This document shows, in pieces, positions 37,557-53,488 of a DNA stretch of 64,000 bases (the first letter of the stretch is position 1; every line of letters begins with the position of its first letter). This DNA comes from Octopus bimaculoides. Lineage: Eukaryota. The stretch covers positions 12,908,002-12,972,001 of the forward strand of contig NC_068994.1 of assembly GCF_001194135.2 (NCBI RefSeq), read 5' to 3'. The notes beneath the pieces were generated by a model. That model saw only the letters and a list, made by a program, of their open reading frames with translations. It was not told the DNA's origin and did not search any database. The position numbers and the translations under genes are program-made.

Positions 37557-40500
37557 TACTGTCTCTTTTTCTATCCTGTTATTACATTTTTTTCTACTCC
37601 AGCTTTTCAGTCACATTGTCTTGAATGAATGAAGATAACAATAGAGAACTCTTCACTCTTACTGAGTACAAAGTAACTTTACTAGTGCTGGTGCTATGAT
37701 AAAATGCACTCAGTATACTTCTCAAGTGGTTGGCATTAGGAAGGGCATCTAGCAATAGAGACAATGTAAAATTGGAATATATGAGCGATATGTAGTCCAT
37801 GGCCTGTCTAAAAAGGACAGTAACTCCAAATAACTGGTTTGAGCCATTACTACTCATCTATCCATGCCATGATAGAAAATGGATGTAAAAAGAAGGATGG
37901 TGATGAATTAAGCTAATAAATGAGATTCATAGAGACCTAAAGCTTTGCCCTAAAGCAACAAAGTACCCGGATGAAACAGTCACAGAACAAAAAGATCTAG
38001 TGTTAGAATGAGATGAGGAAGATAAGTTTTCCAGTTTAGAGCACTTAGTGCACTTTGTAAAGTGGTTGGTCTAAGGAAGAGGATCTAATCATGCCAAAAT
38101 GGAACACATGAGCAATATGTGGTTCCTGATTTCTCTAAAAGGACAGTAGCTTCAAATAATTGGCATTACAACTCATTTATCCATGCCATGAGGGAAAATG
38201 TACATAAAAGTAATGATGATGATGATAATGAGATTTTGCAACATAGATTCATGGAAACCTAGAGCTTTCTCAAAAATCAAAAAATGCCTGGATCTATCAA
38301 CAAAGAAAGAAACAGTAGTTTATATTTCAGAACAGGTAGTATAATGACAAGTAGACCGCTAATGAAACATATCAAATGAATTACATTTATGGACGAATCA
38401 TTGAGTTACCAAGATAGCTAAACCTAAGATTGTTACCAATCTGGATGTCAAATCCAATGAAAATTATCATTTATTCAATCCATTTCAGATTTTTCTGGCA
38501 GTTCTCATAAGAAAAGTATTACATATAGCAAAGAAGTGGCAATGCAACAGTTACCACACTCTTTAATTATTCCCCTCAAATTCTAGTAGATGCCAGCTGC
38601 CTACTAAATTATTTAATTCAGTTCAATTTATTGTTATTGTATAGAAAGGTAATGATTAATCATATAACAGCTCAAATTGCAATAACAATACATATCAAGC
38701 ATTAACATACAATAACATGCATACATACAATATTTAAATACTGTAATAATAATAATAATACAATTAAAATAACATTATTACATTGAAGTACAAAAGATGA
38801 TATAAGAATGGGAGTGATTTGGGGGCAGTTTCCATTACCAACTGCAGCCATTTGAAGCATGTAGCAACTATCATATATTTTAGTGCCAGTTGATAAGCAT
38901 CTCTGAATAAAGGTTACTAGGTTTGGAACTGAATTGCTGATTTTATCAATGATCCATTTTCTAATAGAATATACATTAAAATGAGGAATAAAGATAATTT
39001 TTATGATGCAAACGGTAAAGAGTAGTATCAGTTACACTATAGAAAATAAAATTAGGATAATATAAGTAAAATTTGAAATCTGCAAACCATGAGCTAGGTC
39101 TGTTCTGCCGGACTTATAAAGTAAATCTGACATTCAGGGGGTGGGGGAGAAATGCAATGTATTAGACATGCTAATTGCTGTTTATGATATGATCAATGAC
39201 ACAAGCTGCATATAAATATGCAAGCTGATAACAGCAAGACGTGTGTGGAGCAATCAAATAACTCCAATGGTTTTCAAGAGAACTGAAGACTAAACAAAGA
39301 CAGTTGGACAGATGAAATATAATAGACTGATGCAACCGATGAAAGAGGCATAAAATGATGATTAACATTGCTCATTAATTCACGAATGAATAAGCTATTT
39401 TAACTCCACTTAATATAACTTGTAAATCAAGAGGAGTAGAAATAGCCAAGCCCAGAATGTTTCAAAGTATTTAGTCTATTCTACCAAGTTCTGTGCTCAA
39501 ATTTTACAAGTATCAACTTCGCCTTTAATTTCCCTAGTGTTGATAAAAGAAGGATGTAATTGATAAATTATATTGCTTCCCTAAGAGCATTGACTTCAAT
39601 CCAAGTAAAAAGAAACCAATATTGGATTGTAATTTTCTAAAAACTAATGAAAACCACACTAAATGAGCATAGTTATTTAATAAAAGTGTTGCAGTAATCT
39701 CATTAGAGAGGAAATTTTGTAAGGACACAAAAGAATACATCCACAATTTGTTACTATGCAATACAAAATAACCTATTTGTTTATATTATTGAAAAAAAAT
39801 ATCAATGAATGAGTTGATGAAATAAGTCAGTCTGAAACATTCCTGCAATGCAATCATGTGGAGAAATATAAATCAATGTGATAAAATGTTTGGTTAATTT
39901 AATAAATTGATAAAAGGCATGACACTTTGGTGAACCTTTTAGTAGCTGAAATGTACTCATATATGAAAGACTCATGAATGTTGATCAACCATGAAGAAGC
40001 CATTTTTAATTAGCCTTCCCTTTTGTTAAAATGTATAGCAGTAGCTTGGAGGAATAATTATCACTGAAGCAAATTACAATTTTAAAAGGAAATAAAATCT
40101 ATCTTGTTCCTAAGCTTAATTCCCCTTGTATCAAGAATCTACTAACATATTCCTCAATTTAAACAAAAAGAAAACAAGCCCACTGTCTTCCAAGAGCCCT
40201 TTTATAGAAGATGTATTCCTATTAGAACAGAAATTACTATTCTGCTTTCCATATGAGGACACACTTCATTCTGGCTAGTCCTGAAAAATTTATTGTGTTC
40301 AACAATGCAGTAGGAATCTAGCAATCAGTTATTGTTTCAACTTAGGGTAAATTTCCCAGTAATTATTTACCACGTGCAAGATAGCCACAACAATCAAAGT
40401 AGTTTCTGCGTAATTGCTGAACCTATTGAAAACAAAACGAGGAAAAAAAAAAGGATGCATTGGAAAATGTAGTCCTAGATATACAAAATATGGGATGGTC

Positions 40501-41599
40501 ATGGCTGAAATGCTTTTGATCATAAAACTTGAGGAAGGATGAAAAGAAGCTAAACAATACTCCATAGCAACACTTTCCTATCTGGAGTGTTTAATCTTGA
40601 AAGAATAGACATGGTTTCTTTTTATTAATGCCTCTCAGGTGTTCACAAAGGCAACTTGCCATAAAAAAATATTTGTAGAAATTGACTGACACATTTTCTC
40701 AACCTAGTAAAACACTCCGAGTAAGTTCAAGCATTTGTGTATTTTTTTTTAAATAGAACACTGCATGATGGAATTAGTCATTAAAATTTGAATTAGAAGT
40801 TTCTATCTGTAACAAGCTCCAAATTTAGGCTCACCGTTAACTTTCTCTTATCTGTTCTAATAGTACAATCTAGATAACCTAAAAGACTCGATATTTTAAT
40901 TGTAGTCTATATGATTTAAAAAAATATTTAGTCAGCTGAAGAGCACCCATGATCCTTGCAAGTCTTCCTTGCTGAAGATTAATGCAGCTGATGTTCAGCT
41001 AAAACTTCTGAAGGCCAATACCTGCAGAAAAAAACTTGGACAAGGATGGATTCCAGAGAATTAATATCTCTGAAGTGTGAGGCATATGAGGATGACAAGA
41101 AGGTAAAAGATAATTACATTGGGTGAACTTAATAGAAAATGCTATACAGTTTGCTAAGTCAACAGATCAGAGACATCACTGAAATATTAGCTTAGTGAGA
41201 AGAAACAGCACACTGTGAGCCATTGGTTTGTAATAACAAGACAAAGCTGCTGGCTTCAGGGAAAAATCCTCTTTCCATTAACCTATAGACGTTTATATTT
41301 AACCCTGGATACTTACTTCATTAATGTGGGAAAGGCTGACAAGTTTATTGTTGCTGCTCTCTCCTCCTGTGACTAAAAGATTAGAATAAAAATTAGATGT
41401 AAGAGATTACATAAGACATTTATTACACTGAAAATATTTGAAGCTAAAAATGTCTATTATGTTAGTTATGTGCATATCCTATCATTTTAAAAGACATATT
41501 TACCAGCTGAAGTCATCCTGAATATAATAGGATAGAAAAGAAGATGAGATGGTCATGGTTTGACTGCTGGTGAATATATATAAATATATATAGAGTTAG

Positions 41600-42510
41600 G
41601 GATCTGTCATAAGGTAAAAGTTAGCAATGAGTATAGCAGTGAATTTAGTGTGCAGGTAGTAGTTCACCAAGAATAGGTTCTCAGTCCCCTCTTGTTTAAC
41701 ATAATCCTCCAGGCCATAACGGAGGAATTTAAGACTAGCTGCTCCTGAAAGCTCTTCTGTGCTAATGATCATATTCCTTTAACTGAGTCTCTACCAGAAT
41801 TAGAAAACTTTCAGGTGTGGAGGCAAGGTCTAATATCAAAGTGCTTTGGAATTAATTTAGCAGTGATCGATGTACTAGTAGTAGGAAGGCAAAAAAGATT
41901 ACTAAACCCTTCAGGGAGATGACCCTACTTGATATGTAGAAAAGGTGTAGGTAGAAATTCCATATGGTGTACTCAGTGCAAGCTATGGGCACATAAGAGG
42001 TGCAGCAGCATCACAAGAAGGTTAACAGAGAAAGTAGTCTTTGTGTGTGGCAGATACAATAAATACTAAGCATGAACAGGATATAGACTTTCCCAAATGT
42101 CTAGGGATATTCTTAGAAGTAAATAGTTTCTGTTACATGGGTGACCAAGTTAGCAGTGGAAGAGGATGCTCTGAAAGCATAGTTGCTAGAATAAGAACAG
42201 GCTGGGCAAAGTTCAGAGAGCTATTACTTTTGTTGGTAACAAAGGGCCTTTCCCTCAGAGTGAAAGGCAGACTATGATGCCTGTGTATGAACAGCTATGC
42301 TACGTGGCAATGAAATGGGTTGTGACTGCAGCAGCATCAGATGTAGTGTGCAAGAGAGAAAACTGTGCTGATATGGTCATGTGATGTGTATGGATGAGGA
42401 CAGCCACACAAAGAAGTGTCAGTCTCTAACTGTAGAGGGAACCTGTGGAAGAGGTAGACCCAAGAAGATGTTGAACCTCACAAAGATGACGAGATCAGGA
42501 CATCTGGCAA
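41600..42510 (+). mobile_element. RTE-clade LINE reverse-transcriptase remnant
   Basis: Decayed V(H)Q...LSPLLFNIILQAITEEFKT and LEVNSFCYMGDQVSSGRGCSESIVARIRTGWAKFRELL.LLVTKGLSLRVKGRL, ending VEGTCGRGRPKK. Confidence 0.85.
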
Positions 42511-44044
42511 TTCCCTCACATGCCTACTTGCAGACACTATATGCCCTCACATATTTACCATAGTTGCCCCTCCCACTCGCTCTAATTTCTCTCACCATCA
42601 CTTACTACAGTCATTTCTTCCTCACTTNNNNNNNNNNTCTAATTTCTCTCACCATCACTTACTACAGTCATTTCTTCCTCACTTTATATTCACTCCTAAT
42701 GTACCTTGTGGGTATATCCCAGTGCATTTCCAACACCATCTATTTCTTTCTCTCACTGTCTGTTTCTCTATCTTTCTCTCTATCTCTCCTGCCTTTTCCT
42801 ACTGGAGTAACCAAGTCTTTCCTCTATAGTAAGGTACCTTTCTCTATCCCTCTGTTAAACTTTAATCTCTCAACCAGCTTACAGCCACCTCTCCCAGCCA
42901 AGTGGTCCTTGTCTTGCAAGTTACTTGGCAGCTCCACTGGTGCTGATGTCATGTAAAAAGCACCCTGTAAAGTGGTTGGTATCAGGACAGGTATCCAGTC
43001 ATAGAAACCATGCCAAAGCAGACATTAGAGTTTGGTGCAGTTCCCTGGTTTGCTAGCTCCTGCCAAACCATCCAACCCATGCTAGTATGGAAGACAGATG
43101 TTAAATGATGATGATGTGGATGATATATACATCAACATGGGAAAACACTGTCAGAGAAAAACAATTGTCTGCAAAATGAGCTCTAAGAACTCTATAAATA
43201 TAAGTGCCTCACCAATTTTACAAAATACTCAGAAACAAAAAGAATATTCACAGAAACATCAGAAAGCTATGATTTTATAATCAATAACATCATCAACAAG
43301 AATAGAAACAATAAAACCTAGAATTCCATTATTATCTCCCTTCTGGGACTACAGGGTCACATACAACATATTTTTACAATAAAACAACTGTATTGAAAAC
43401 ACCCTATAGGACTAACAAAGTTCATCATAATGACATTCATATAGTAATAATTCAAGAAACACTCATTATATCTAAATATATTGCTTCATTTACATCATTA
43501 ATTTAAGCATGTTTTCATTAATCTTAATGAGAAAGGCATGAAGGCACAATTTTATTTACTCTCTCTTCTAAATTTGAGTTCTCACATCATCATAAAGCTT
43601 AATGTCTCTTTTTTTACCTGACTGAAATGGCTATGATTGGCTGAAGTTTAAATATAATTGATGTTTAAACCGGTTGTTATTTCAGTTTAGGTGTGGTGAT
43701 ATTTTCTTTAATATGTGCACCTAGATCAATTAATTTATGATAAAAAAAAGAAAAAAAACACCACAATGCATATCTGTATGAAATAAAAAAAATAAAAAAA
43801 AGAATCTGACTCCATCTGCGTATATAATTCTACTTTCCTAAACAAACTTGTTCTTATTCACTTCAGATTTTGCAAGTGAATACAAATTAGTAACATTTTC
43901 TCAAATACATCTTTGAACTGAGTGAAATGTTACAACTGAGAACTGAAAGATAGTGTCACAGTTTATTACAATAACAAATTTTCCTAATTAGGCATGAAGC
44001 ATTACAGTTAGCCACTACTAATAATAATTTACATAAAGGTAAAA

Positions 44045-44770
44045 CAGGAAAAAAGGATGAGGATTCTTTGGATTGATGCCTTAAGAGATATATGAACCTT
44101 CAGAACCTTCCGGTCCAGAGAACAAGGTGTCATCATTCCACTTTTCCCCTCCTTTGTACGGCCACACCTCGAATACTGCTGTCCCTTGTGGTCTCCCCAT
44201 ACAAAACAAAACATCTCGAAAATTGAATCCCCCCAGAGGGCACTCACTAAACAAATTGAGGGCATGACTAATCTCAATTATTGGGACCACCTTAAAGCCT
44301 TGAAACTCTACTCTCTCCAGCGCCGCTGCAAGCAGTACATCATTTGTACGATGTGGAGAATATACAGCCAGCATTGCCCAAATGACCTGAACATTAGTTT
44401 CAAGGTTCATCCAAGGCTGGGACCATGGGCCATACATACCCTGCCCAGTTCAGGATGGATCACAACATATAGGTACACTGTGACACAGTTTTTTTCCCTT
44501 AACAGGCCCTGCCCTGTTTAACATTGTCCCAAAACTGATCAAAGAGGAAAAGGATCCCATCACCTTTAAATGGAGTCTGGATAGATTTCTTCAAGGAATA
44601 TCAGACAAGCAACCCATACTTGGATACAACTTACTCAACAAGAACTCACTACTTGAATGGACCATAAACAAAACTTGACTTAAAAAGGATTTAGATAATC
44701 CTATCAGGTGGTGCTATTAAGTTAGACATGGCCTGGACCAATCTTTGATTGAAACATATCTAAGTTTTAT
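44045..44770 (+). mobile_element. CR1/L2-type LINE 3' remnant
   Basis: LRTFRSREQGVIIPLF.SFVRPHLEYCCPLWSPH.KQ.I.KIES.QR..TK.IEGM..LNYWD.LKALKLYSLQRR is typical of the CR1-group RT C-terminus. Confidence 0.85.
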
Positions 44771-45924
44771 GAGACAAAGAAGAACAACCAAAATGAAAAC
44801 AGTATGAGAAAGATTTATATACTTAGGTTTTCTGCTTTTAAATTGGATTGTGAAATGCTAAGATTGATAGAATCTTTTCACAAAATTACATTTAAAAGTT
44901 GCAGTAATAACTATTTGACATATCTTAAGATCAGTCAAGAAGGCAATATTTAAATATCCAAATTTTCAGCTCTTCCAACAATATAAACAATGTAGTAATT
45001 AGGAAAATAAACTTAAATAATAAAAAAAAGAATCAAGAAAACAATATTCTCTATTAATTACAGAAAACAATGCACCCTTGAAATTAAAAAAATGTAGTCT
45101 GTACACATATTGGTCTAAAATGAGTGTATATGTACATTTGCTTTTAAAACACACATTAGGTGATCCAATCAAATTAAACACTATATTTTGTGATATCCTT
45201 TTAATGGGCTTGGCTTTTAAAAAGTGTACATGTAAGTGAATCATAGAAAATGTGAGTGTGTGTGTACATGTGCTAGCAGTAATGTACAGTATTATGGGCG
45301 ACTGCTGGTCTTCCATAAAGAACCTTTTCTGGATTTGTGCCTCAGAGGGTAACTTTCTAGGTGCAATCCCATTCATGACTGAAGGGAGTCCTTCTATAGT
45401 TAATGGTGTCATGATTGTCCATCAGACAGAGACTGTATCACACTAGCTCATTACATGTTGGAAGAGATTGCCAGTTGATTAAATCAACTGCAGTACTTGA
45501 CTAGTACTTTACTTTATCAATCCAAAAGATGAAAGGCAAAGTTGACCTTGGCTGGATTTGAACAAGAACATATACAACCTATTTTGTTCAATACTCTTGA
45601 GATTCTGCATTCTACCAATCCATTACCATCCAACCCAATTAACAAACAATACATACAGAGGAAGTTGTGGGGGAAAATGCACACCCTATCAAATTAATTA
45701 AAACAAAAACCATCCAACTCAAGTCAGATAGAAGATGGATGTTCGAAGATAATGATGTGACCATGACAGTTACTGACATATAGATCAATGTGTAATTTAT
45801 GAAGATGTAATGGGGGGAAAAATGAGTAGCGCAAAAGGAGAGAAACAGGAAAGAATGGTGTAAGAAAATAAGGAAAAAGTAAAAAGAAATCAGTTATTTC
45901 TCTGTCAGCTTAAGTAGAACTTGT

Positions 45925-45957
<33 letters not shown>

Positions 45958-48149
45958 CAGTTATAAAGAGATGATTGGGTCAATAATATCAGAAAAAAAT
46001 TGATTGGACCATCTATTGCAATAAATAAATATATTTTTTTTACACATAAGTAAGTCTCATAGGGAAAGGATTGTTCAGTTACTCATGCATCTCTCAGGAC
46101 ATTTTATGAACTGGGTGAAATATTTCGGCTGCGAGCAGAAACAATGTCACTATCTCTTTGTATTTAGAAATTACTATCATGCACCATAACAACCATCACC
46201 ACAACTACAAGTGAAAGATTAGCTGAGTTGAACATCATGCCTAGAGTCATACTTCTACTACCCTAAATAGCATGAAGCATAGGAAGAAAACAAGGTCATG
46301 TGAGATTCATGTCTTTATTAGAGATATAGATGATAGGAAACTGAAACAAGATTACCAAATAAATACTCTTATAAAGGAGGTATTCTATTACTATTACACC
46401 TTTCCTGGGAGTATTCATCAATGTCATTAATGTTATTAATAAAGGTATTTTGTAACTATGTAGATGTGCCAATCAAATGAATCTCAATATATTATTGGTA
46501 CTTATAAAGAAGTAGAAATGTTAGCACACCAGGCAAAATGCTTAGTAGCATTTCATCCATCTTTATGTCCAGAGATCTAATTCTGCAAAGGTCAACTTTG
46601 CCTTTCATCCTTCTGGGGCCAATAAAGTAAGTACCAGTTGTATACTGGGTGGATGTTCTTGACTTTACCCACACTCCTGAAATTGCTGGCTTTGTGCCCA
46701 GATTTGAAAATAATATATTGGTACTTATTCAATTTATATGTCCCTCCTATACACACAATGAAGGATGAAAGACAAAGCATTCTTAATGGGATTCAAAATA
46801 AAATTGGCATTAAATATGATAAATTGCATAGTGTTCTTGTATTTTCACCAACTCCCAGCTTCTCCTTAATAATAATAATGATTTATGACACAAGTATATA
46901 TAAATTGATATAAATGTTATGGGGTGATATAGTTGATTCAATTGATTCTTATATTTTATCTTATTGCTCCACCCCAGCCAGAAAGATGAAAGGCAGAGTT
47001 ATCTTGGGCAAGAATTTGAACACAGAATGTAAAAAAATAATTAAATATCCCAAACAATTTTGTCTGCTGCTCCACCAATTTTTTCCAATCCACTGCATAA
47101 ATAATAATAATAATAATGATGATAATAATAATGACAACAACAGAAGAAGGAGGAGGAAGCTGGTTGGAGGTTAGGTAGGATGGAGAGAAAGCGAGAAGGG
47201 TGTGGCTGTTCTGGGAAGTGTTTGAGCCATTGAAAAATAAAAGCAATGTTAACCATAGTAGGCTTAGGACCAAGAGTGCAATTAAATACTGTTATGTATT
47301 TTGCCTGATGATCTACCAATTCTGTTATCCCAATAATGCATAATTATAAGTCAATTTACAGAGCTATGTAACAGTTGATAATTAGTTTTAAGTTGTGTTA
47401 GGTTTTGTTTTTTGCCTTGATTTTCACTCGTTAGGAATATACTTTTATATACATGATACATTATTAATATACATTTAGAAAGAAATGAGCATCCAATTTT
47501 CCTTCTCTACTAATTCAGCATATTATGTCTAATAAAAAATGCTGTGTTCATGGTGAGGCAGTGGGTAATGATTGTGATAGTTGTGAGGTGAGGATGGTGA
47601 TTTTGTTGGTTGTGAGGTGGATGTACTGGTTGTGGTGGCACATCAACCCCAGTAATTCTTTAATCAACTGATGTCTATTCTATTGACCATAGAAGGATGA
47701 AAGTGCAAGGTGAACCTGCAGCGAAAGTAAGTGATGGTGGAGCGAATGATTGGTAGAAAAGATTGTGGTGGTGATAGCGATACTGGTAATGCCAGCACTG
47801 AGGTAGTCTTTACCACATACTGACGTAGTGGTTTCAATATCAGAATGAAAATAATGGTTGACATAGGAATTATAATACTTTTTCATTTTGATTCAGATTA
47901 ATAAATAATGAAATATCAAAGAAATAACAAAGACACACTACCATGAAAGACAGAAAGACAAACAAAAGTGATACAACAACAAAACTAAACAGGAACCAAG
48001 ATCATTAAAATATTAAAAAAAAAACTAAATCATGCAGAAATGTTTATTCAGTGTGATTTAGTGTCAAGGATAAGCATAAGGGGATGACTATACACAAAAA
48101 TGTCAGCATATTATACAAAACACATACACAAGTAGTGTGTGCGTGTGTG

Positions 48150-48268
<119 letters not shown>

Positions 48269-50103
48269 AGGCACAGGAGTCACTGTGTGGTAAGAAGCTT
48301 GCTTCCCAACCACATGGTTCCAGGTTCAGTATCACTGCATGGTACCTTGGGCAAGTGTCTTCTATATCCTCGGGCCGACCAAAGCCTTGGGAGATTGAAA
48401 CTGAAAGAAGCCTGTATGTATTTGTGTCCCCCCCGCCCCCGCCATCATCGCTTGACAACTGATGTTGGTGTATTTATGTCCCCGTAACTTAGTTGGGCAA
48501 AAGAGACTGATAGAATAAGTACTAAGCTTACAAAGAATAAGTACTGGGTTTGATTTGTTTGACTGAAGGTGGTGCTCCAGTATGGCCACAATCAAATGAC
48601 AAACAAGTAAAAGAATATATATATATAATTGTTATTATCATCATCAACGTTTTAATGTACACATCTTCATGCTTGCATAGGTCAGGGAGAATTTGTTAAA
48701 GCAGGTTTTTATGGCTTGGTACACTTCCTGCTGTCAACCCTCATCATATCCAAACAAGGTAATATTTCCTTTTGACCAGACATATTTTCGACAAAAGACT
48801 GGAAATCAACAATATCACTAGTATGACGATTTTTTACTATCATCATGTGATGTCAAAAGTAATGCATACACAGACACGCATATACACATGATGGGCTTCT
48901 TCCAGATTTTATCTAACAAATCCCCACATAAGACTTTGGTTAACCCAGGACTACAGCAGAAAGCCCTTGCTCATGGTGCTGTGCAGTGTGACTGAATACA
49001 AACTCACATGGTTAGGAAGAAAGCTTCTTAACTAAACAGCTATGTATGAGCTTATTCTATATGCAAACACACACATCTGTGTATGTATGCGAAATTGNNN
49101 NNNNNNNCATCATCATCATCATTTAATGTCCATTTTCCATGCTGGCATGGGTTGGACTGTTTCATTTGAAAACTGGTAAGCTGGGGAGCTGAGCTGCACC
49201 AGGTTCCAATCTGATCTGGCATGGTATCTTACAGCTGGATGCCCTTCCTGATGCCAACCACTCCACAGAGTGTACTGGGTGCCAGTTACAAAACACCAAC
49301 ATCAGCCATGATTAGCAATTCAGTAATTCACTTAGTTTGACAGGTCTTCTTCTCAAGCACAGTACATTGCTAAAGGTCTCAGTCACTTGTCACTGCTTTT
49401 TATGTGCCACCAGCATGGGTGCCAGTTGCAGGTGCCACCACTGCCAGCTACTGTTACGTCCACCATTTATTCACTGCTACCTCTGTTGCCACCACCAATG
49501 TCACTATTTAACTTCACTCTTACCATCGCCATCACAATCACCACCACTACCACCACCACCACCATAAAAACTACCCAGTACACTCTGTAAAATGGTTGGT
49601 GTTAGGAGCAGCATCAAGCCATAGAAACCATACCAAAAAGGACAATTAGAGCCTGGTGCAGCTTGTCAAACCGTCCAACCCATACCAGCATGGAAAACGG
49701 ATGTTAGAGTATGATGATGATGATGAAGATATTTACCCAAAGCGCCACACCACGTTAGTGTGCTAACTTTACAATTAGTGTGGACATTTAACGTGAATAA
49801 ATGAAACCCACTGCGTCACAAGTTGTTGTTTTAGCTATTTAACCCCAGATCAGCAATGCCCACACAATCTTATACTCAAATGCATTTCAGCTGCGACCAG
49901 CTTGTTTTTTTTTTGTTAATTTTTTTCTTTCTCACTTTCTGGAAGAAATTGGATTTGGTCAGACATGGATACAGAGATGGGCTTTATCTGCTTATGATGC
50001 CTAAAAATGCCACCAAACGTACACAGTAATGATATATACACACACATATATATACATACATATACACACACATACATACATATATACACACACACACATA
50101 TAT

Positions 50104-50140
<37 letters not shown>

Positions 50141-50210
50141 TATATATACACACACACACATATATACACACACACACATATATATATATACACACACACA
50201 TACACATATG

Positions 50211-50242
<32 letters not shown>

Positions 50243-52418
50243 TATATNNNNNNNNNNNNNNNNNNNNNNNNNNNNNNNNNNNNNNNNNNNNNNNNNNNNN
50301 NNNNNNNNNNNNNNNNNNNNNNNNNNNNNNNNNNNNNNNNNNNNNNNNNNNNNNNNNNNNNNNNNNNNNNNNNNNNNNNNNNNNNNNNNNNNNNNNNNNN
50401 NNNNNNNNNNNNNNNNNNNNNNNNNNNNNNNNNNNNNNNNNNNNNNNNNNNNNNNNNNNNNNNNNNNNGAACATATCCAATAGGTGAGTATGATTTGGGA
50501 TAAATTTTGGCTGCTATGCAGGTTCAGCGACTGCGAATTGGTTCCTTAGATGGATGTTCTCAAGGATTTAGAACTTTCTTTTGACTTCTGTCATAGCAAC
50601 AAAGTGGGTGAAAAGTGTAATGAACGGGTGGTAGACAATACGTGTTCTAGATGTGCATTTGTGCAGGGAAAACTGTAAAATAATGTTAGTTCAGATTGGG
50701 GAACTTTGATGTTTATAACTTCGGCCGCCAACACTTTTTTTCTGCAAAATAGGGGTAGCTTATCCTGTTCAGGCTATATTATTAGCATTATCCTGCGTTT
50801 GAGAATTTAAAATCACTTCTTTAAATTAAATTAAGTATTACGGGTCTGTACAACCAACATACTGGGAGACAAACGAACAAAGCAACCTCTACGCAGTCAA
50901 TCTACCTGTAAGAAATAGCAGCTAAACCTTCGACTCATACTCTACCGTCGTGGGAAAATGAAGACATCGAATAATGTAGTCCTAGATACATTGTCTGAAT
51001 AAAAGACGGCGTGGTCAATGGTAGATAGCCTTTATTTTTGGTCTGCTCGATTAGAACAGAAAAAAAAAGGCATGGAGATGTTGACATGGGAGATGTTGAC
51101 GAGACTATGATGTTATGAAGACTATAATGTTATGAATGTAACTATAAGTGGTGTGCCAGTTTCTCGTCTCTGTTGGAACCACGACTTTGTACATTGTTAG
51201 TGTTCTTACGAAATAAGGCGGGGAGCCGACAAAATCGTCAGCACGTCGGACAAAATGCTTAACGGTATTTCTTCCGACTCTTTACCATCTGAATTCAAAT
51301 CCGTCAACTTTGCCTTTCATTATTTCGGGGTCGATGCAACAAGTATTAGAGTTAGTTGAAAAATTCCAATCCTTGTGCCTACTGTAAAAATAAAATTTTA
51401 AAAAACTATCTTATAAAATGCACGAACATCACAGCACAACTTCCCATTTACCCTCCGGTAAATTTATTGATAATTCATGTTTATATAAGAAACAACACAC
51501 ATTTTATTTCACATATTTAGGTTGCGACACCGGAATTTGTTGATAGCCCTTTGGCCTAATTAATAGTAAACTTTTAAGAGAAGAAGGGGAAAAACTTCTT
51601 GTTATTATATTTCACCTGATTTTGTTGGGATTATATCTCCAAATATTGTCTAATTCAAGGTATGTCTTTTGGCATCGATATTTAAACACACACACAAACA
51701 TATACGTCTGTGACTAGCACACACGCATATAGATAACTAAGTCTACTTGAATATATTCTACATTTACTCTGTATGTGCGTGTGTGTGTCTGTGAATGAAC
51801 ACGTATTTGTAAGAGTCTCATGATAACTGCTCCGATATATATATATTTCGTGGACTTGTATTCTATTTTTAATCGATTGGATCTCTAGAGCCGTACACGC
51901 CCTTAGACCGAAATTGTTACAAGAATCCTCCCATCGAGATGTCACTTTGCTTAACTAGTAGATAAATACTATTAATGTAACATTGTAGGCATTCATATTC
52001 AACATCATTTATACATGTGTGTGTGTTATCAGTTAGTTGTCCGTAAGTCCGAACGAAAGCACACTCTAAAAGAAAAACAGTGGCGATTATATTTTTATAT
52101 TAGCAAGCAGTATATTCCTGGTTATGGCATATATAACTGATCAGAATGTTATCGATGGTTTCATGCCTACCAAGTGCAATAGTCGGTGAGCAACCGTCAG
52201 GAATTTTCTCACAAGTTATATGCTATAACCAGGAATATACTCCTCGACGTGCAGTTACGTAACTGTGCTGTTATTTAATATCCGCTTATCTAATACCCAG
52301 TGCGAAACTGATCGGCTGAAATGGATCTATAATATTATAGACTTTGATTAATACACTTACTGTATTGACAAATATATGTGTGCATAATTTACTGGCCTAT
52401 GGACTCTTTAAACGATTT

Positions 52419-52453
<35 letters not shown>

Positions 52454-53488
52454 ATATATATANNNNNNNNNNNNNNNNNNNNNNNNNNNNNNNNNNNNNN
52501 NNNNNNNNNNNNNNNNNNNNNNNNNNNNNNNNNNNNNNNNNNNNNNNNNNNNNNNNNNNNNNNNNNNNNNNNNNNNNNNNNNNNNNNNNNNNNNNNNNNN
52601 NNNNNNNNNNNNNNNNNNNNNNNNNNNNNNNNNNNNNNNNNNNNNNNNNNNNNNNNNNNNNNNNNNNNNNNNNNNNNNNNNNNNNNNNNNNNNNNNNNNN
52701 NNNNNNNNNNNNNNNNNNNNNNNNNNNNNNNNNNNNNNNNNNNNNNNNNNNNNNNNNNNNNNNNNNNNNNNNNNNNNNNNNNNNNNNNNNNNNNNNNNNN
52801 NNNNNNNNNNNNNNNNNNNNNNNNNNNNNNNNNNNNNNNNNNNNNNNNNNNNNNNNNNNNNNNNNNNNNNNNNNNNNNNNNNNNNNNNNNNNNNNNNNNN
52901 NNNNNNNNNNNNNNNNNNNNNNNNNNNNNNNNNNNNNNNNNNNNNNNNNNNNNNNNNNNNNNNNNNNNNNNNNNNNNNNNNNNNNNNNNTAGAAACTCTG
53001 CCAAATTAGATTGGAGCCTGGTGTTGCCATCCTGTTTCACCAGTCCTCAGTCAAATCGTCCAACCCATGCTAGCATGGAAAGCAGACGTTAAACGACGAC
53101 GATGATGATGATGATGATGATATATATATAAATTGCTGAGAAAACATGTTCGCTACTTCCAACAGTTGGTTTAAAGACCAGATCCAACTAAATCTGCATT
53201 ATCTACAGAGGGAAGAAATTTCAATCAACTGATTTTGTATGAGTTATCTCTCTTGTTTGTTATTTTTAGATTTTAAACATGGCTAAAGGGAGTACTGTCG
53301 ACTGCTTGGTTGGATATTTCTAGTTAATGGAAGTTTTTCAATTTACCCATAGGCATAGACCACCTTTTTTGATAAGCAGACTGCTTGAGACATGACTCAT
53401 TATCAGGCAGTGCTGCAAAAACAATTCAAGGTTATTTTACATTCAGAAAGTCCTGCAGGCTGCAGTTTGCTCATGATATTTACCATAA

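Noticed and set aside
44999-45446. 137-aa minus-strand ORF (MTPLTIEGLPSVMNG...) as a MADD upstream exon
   Set aside because: No homology and no convincing donor; its 3' part is AT-rich intron-like sequence.
50469-50530. TAG|GTGAGT donor just after a gap, as a hidden GLOD5 exon
   Set aside because: The following sequence (AAATTTTGGCTGCTA...) resembles, in reverse, the dispersed repeat seen at 21480-21560 and 50880-51000, and phase 0 reads a stop.
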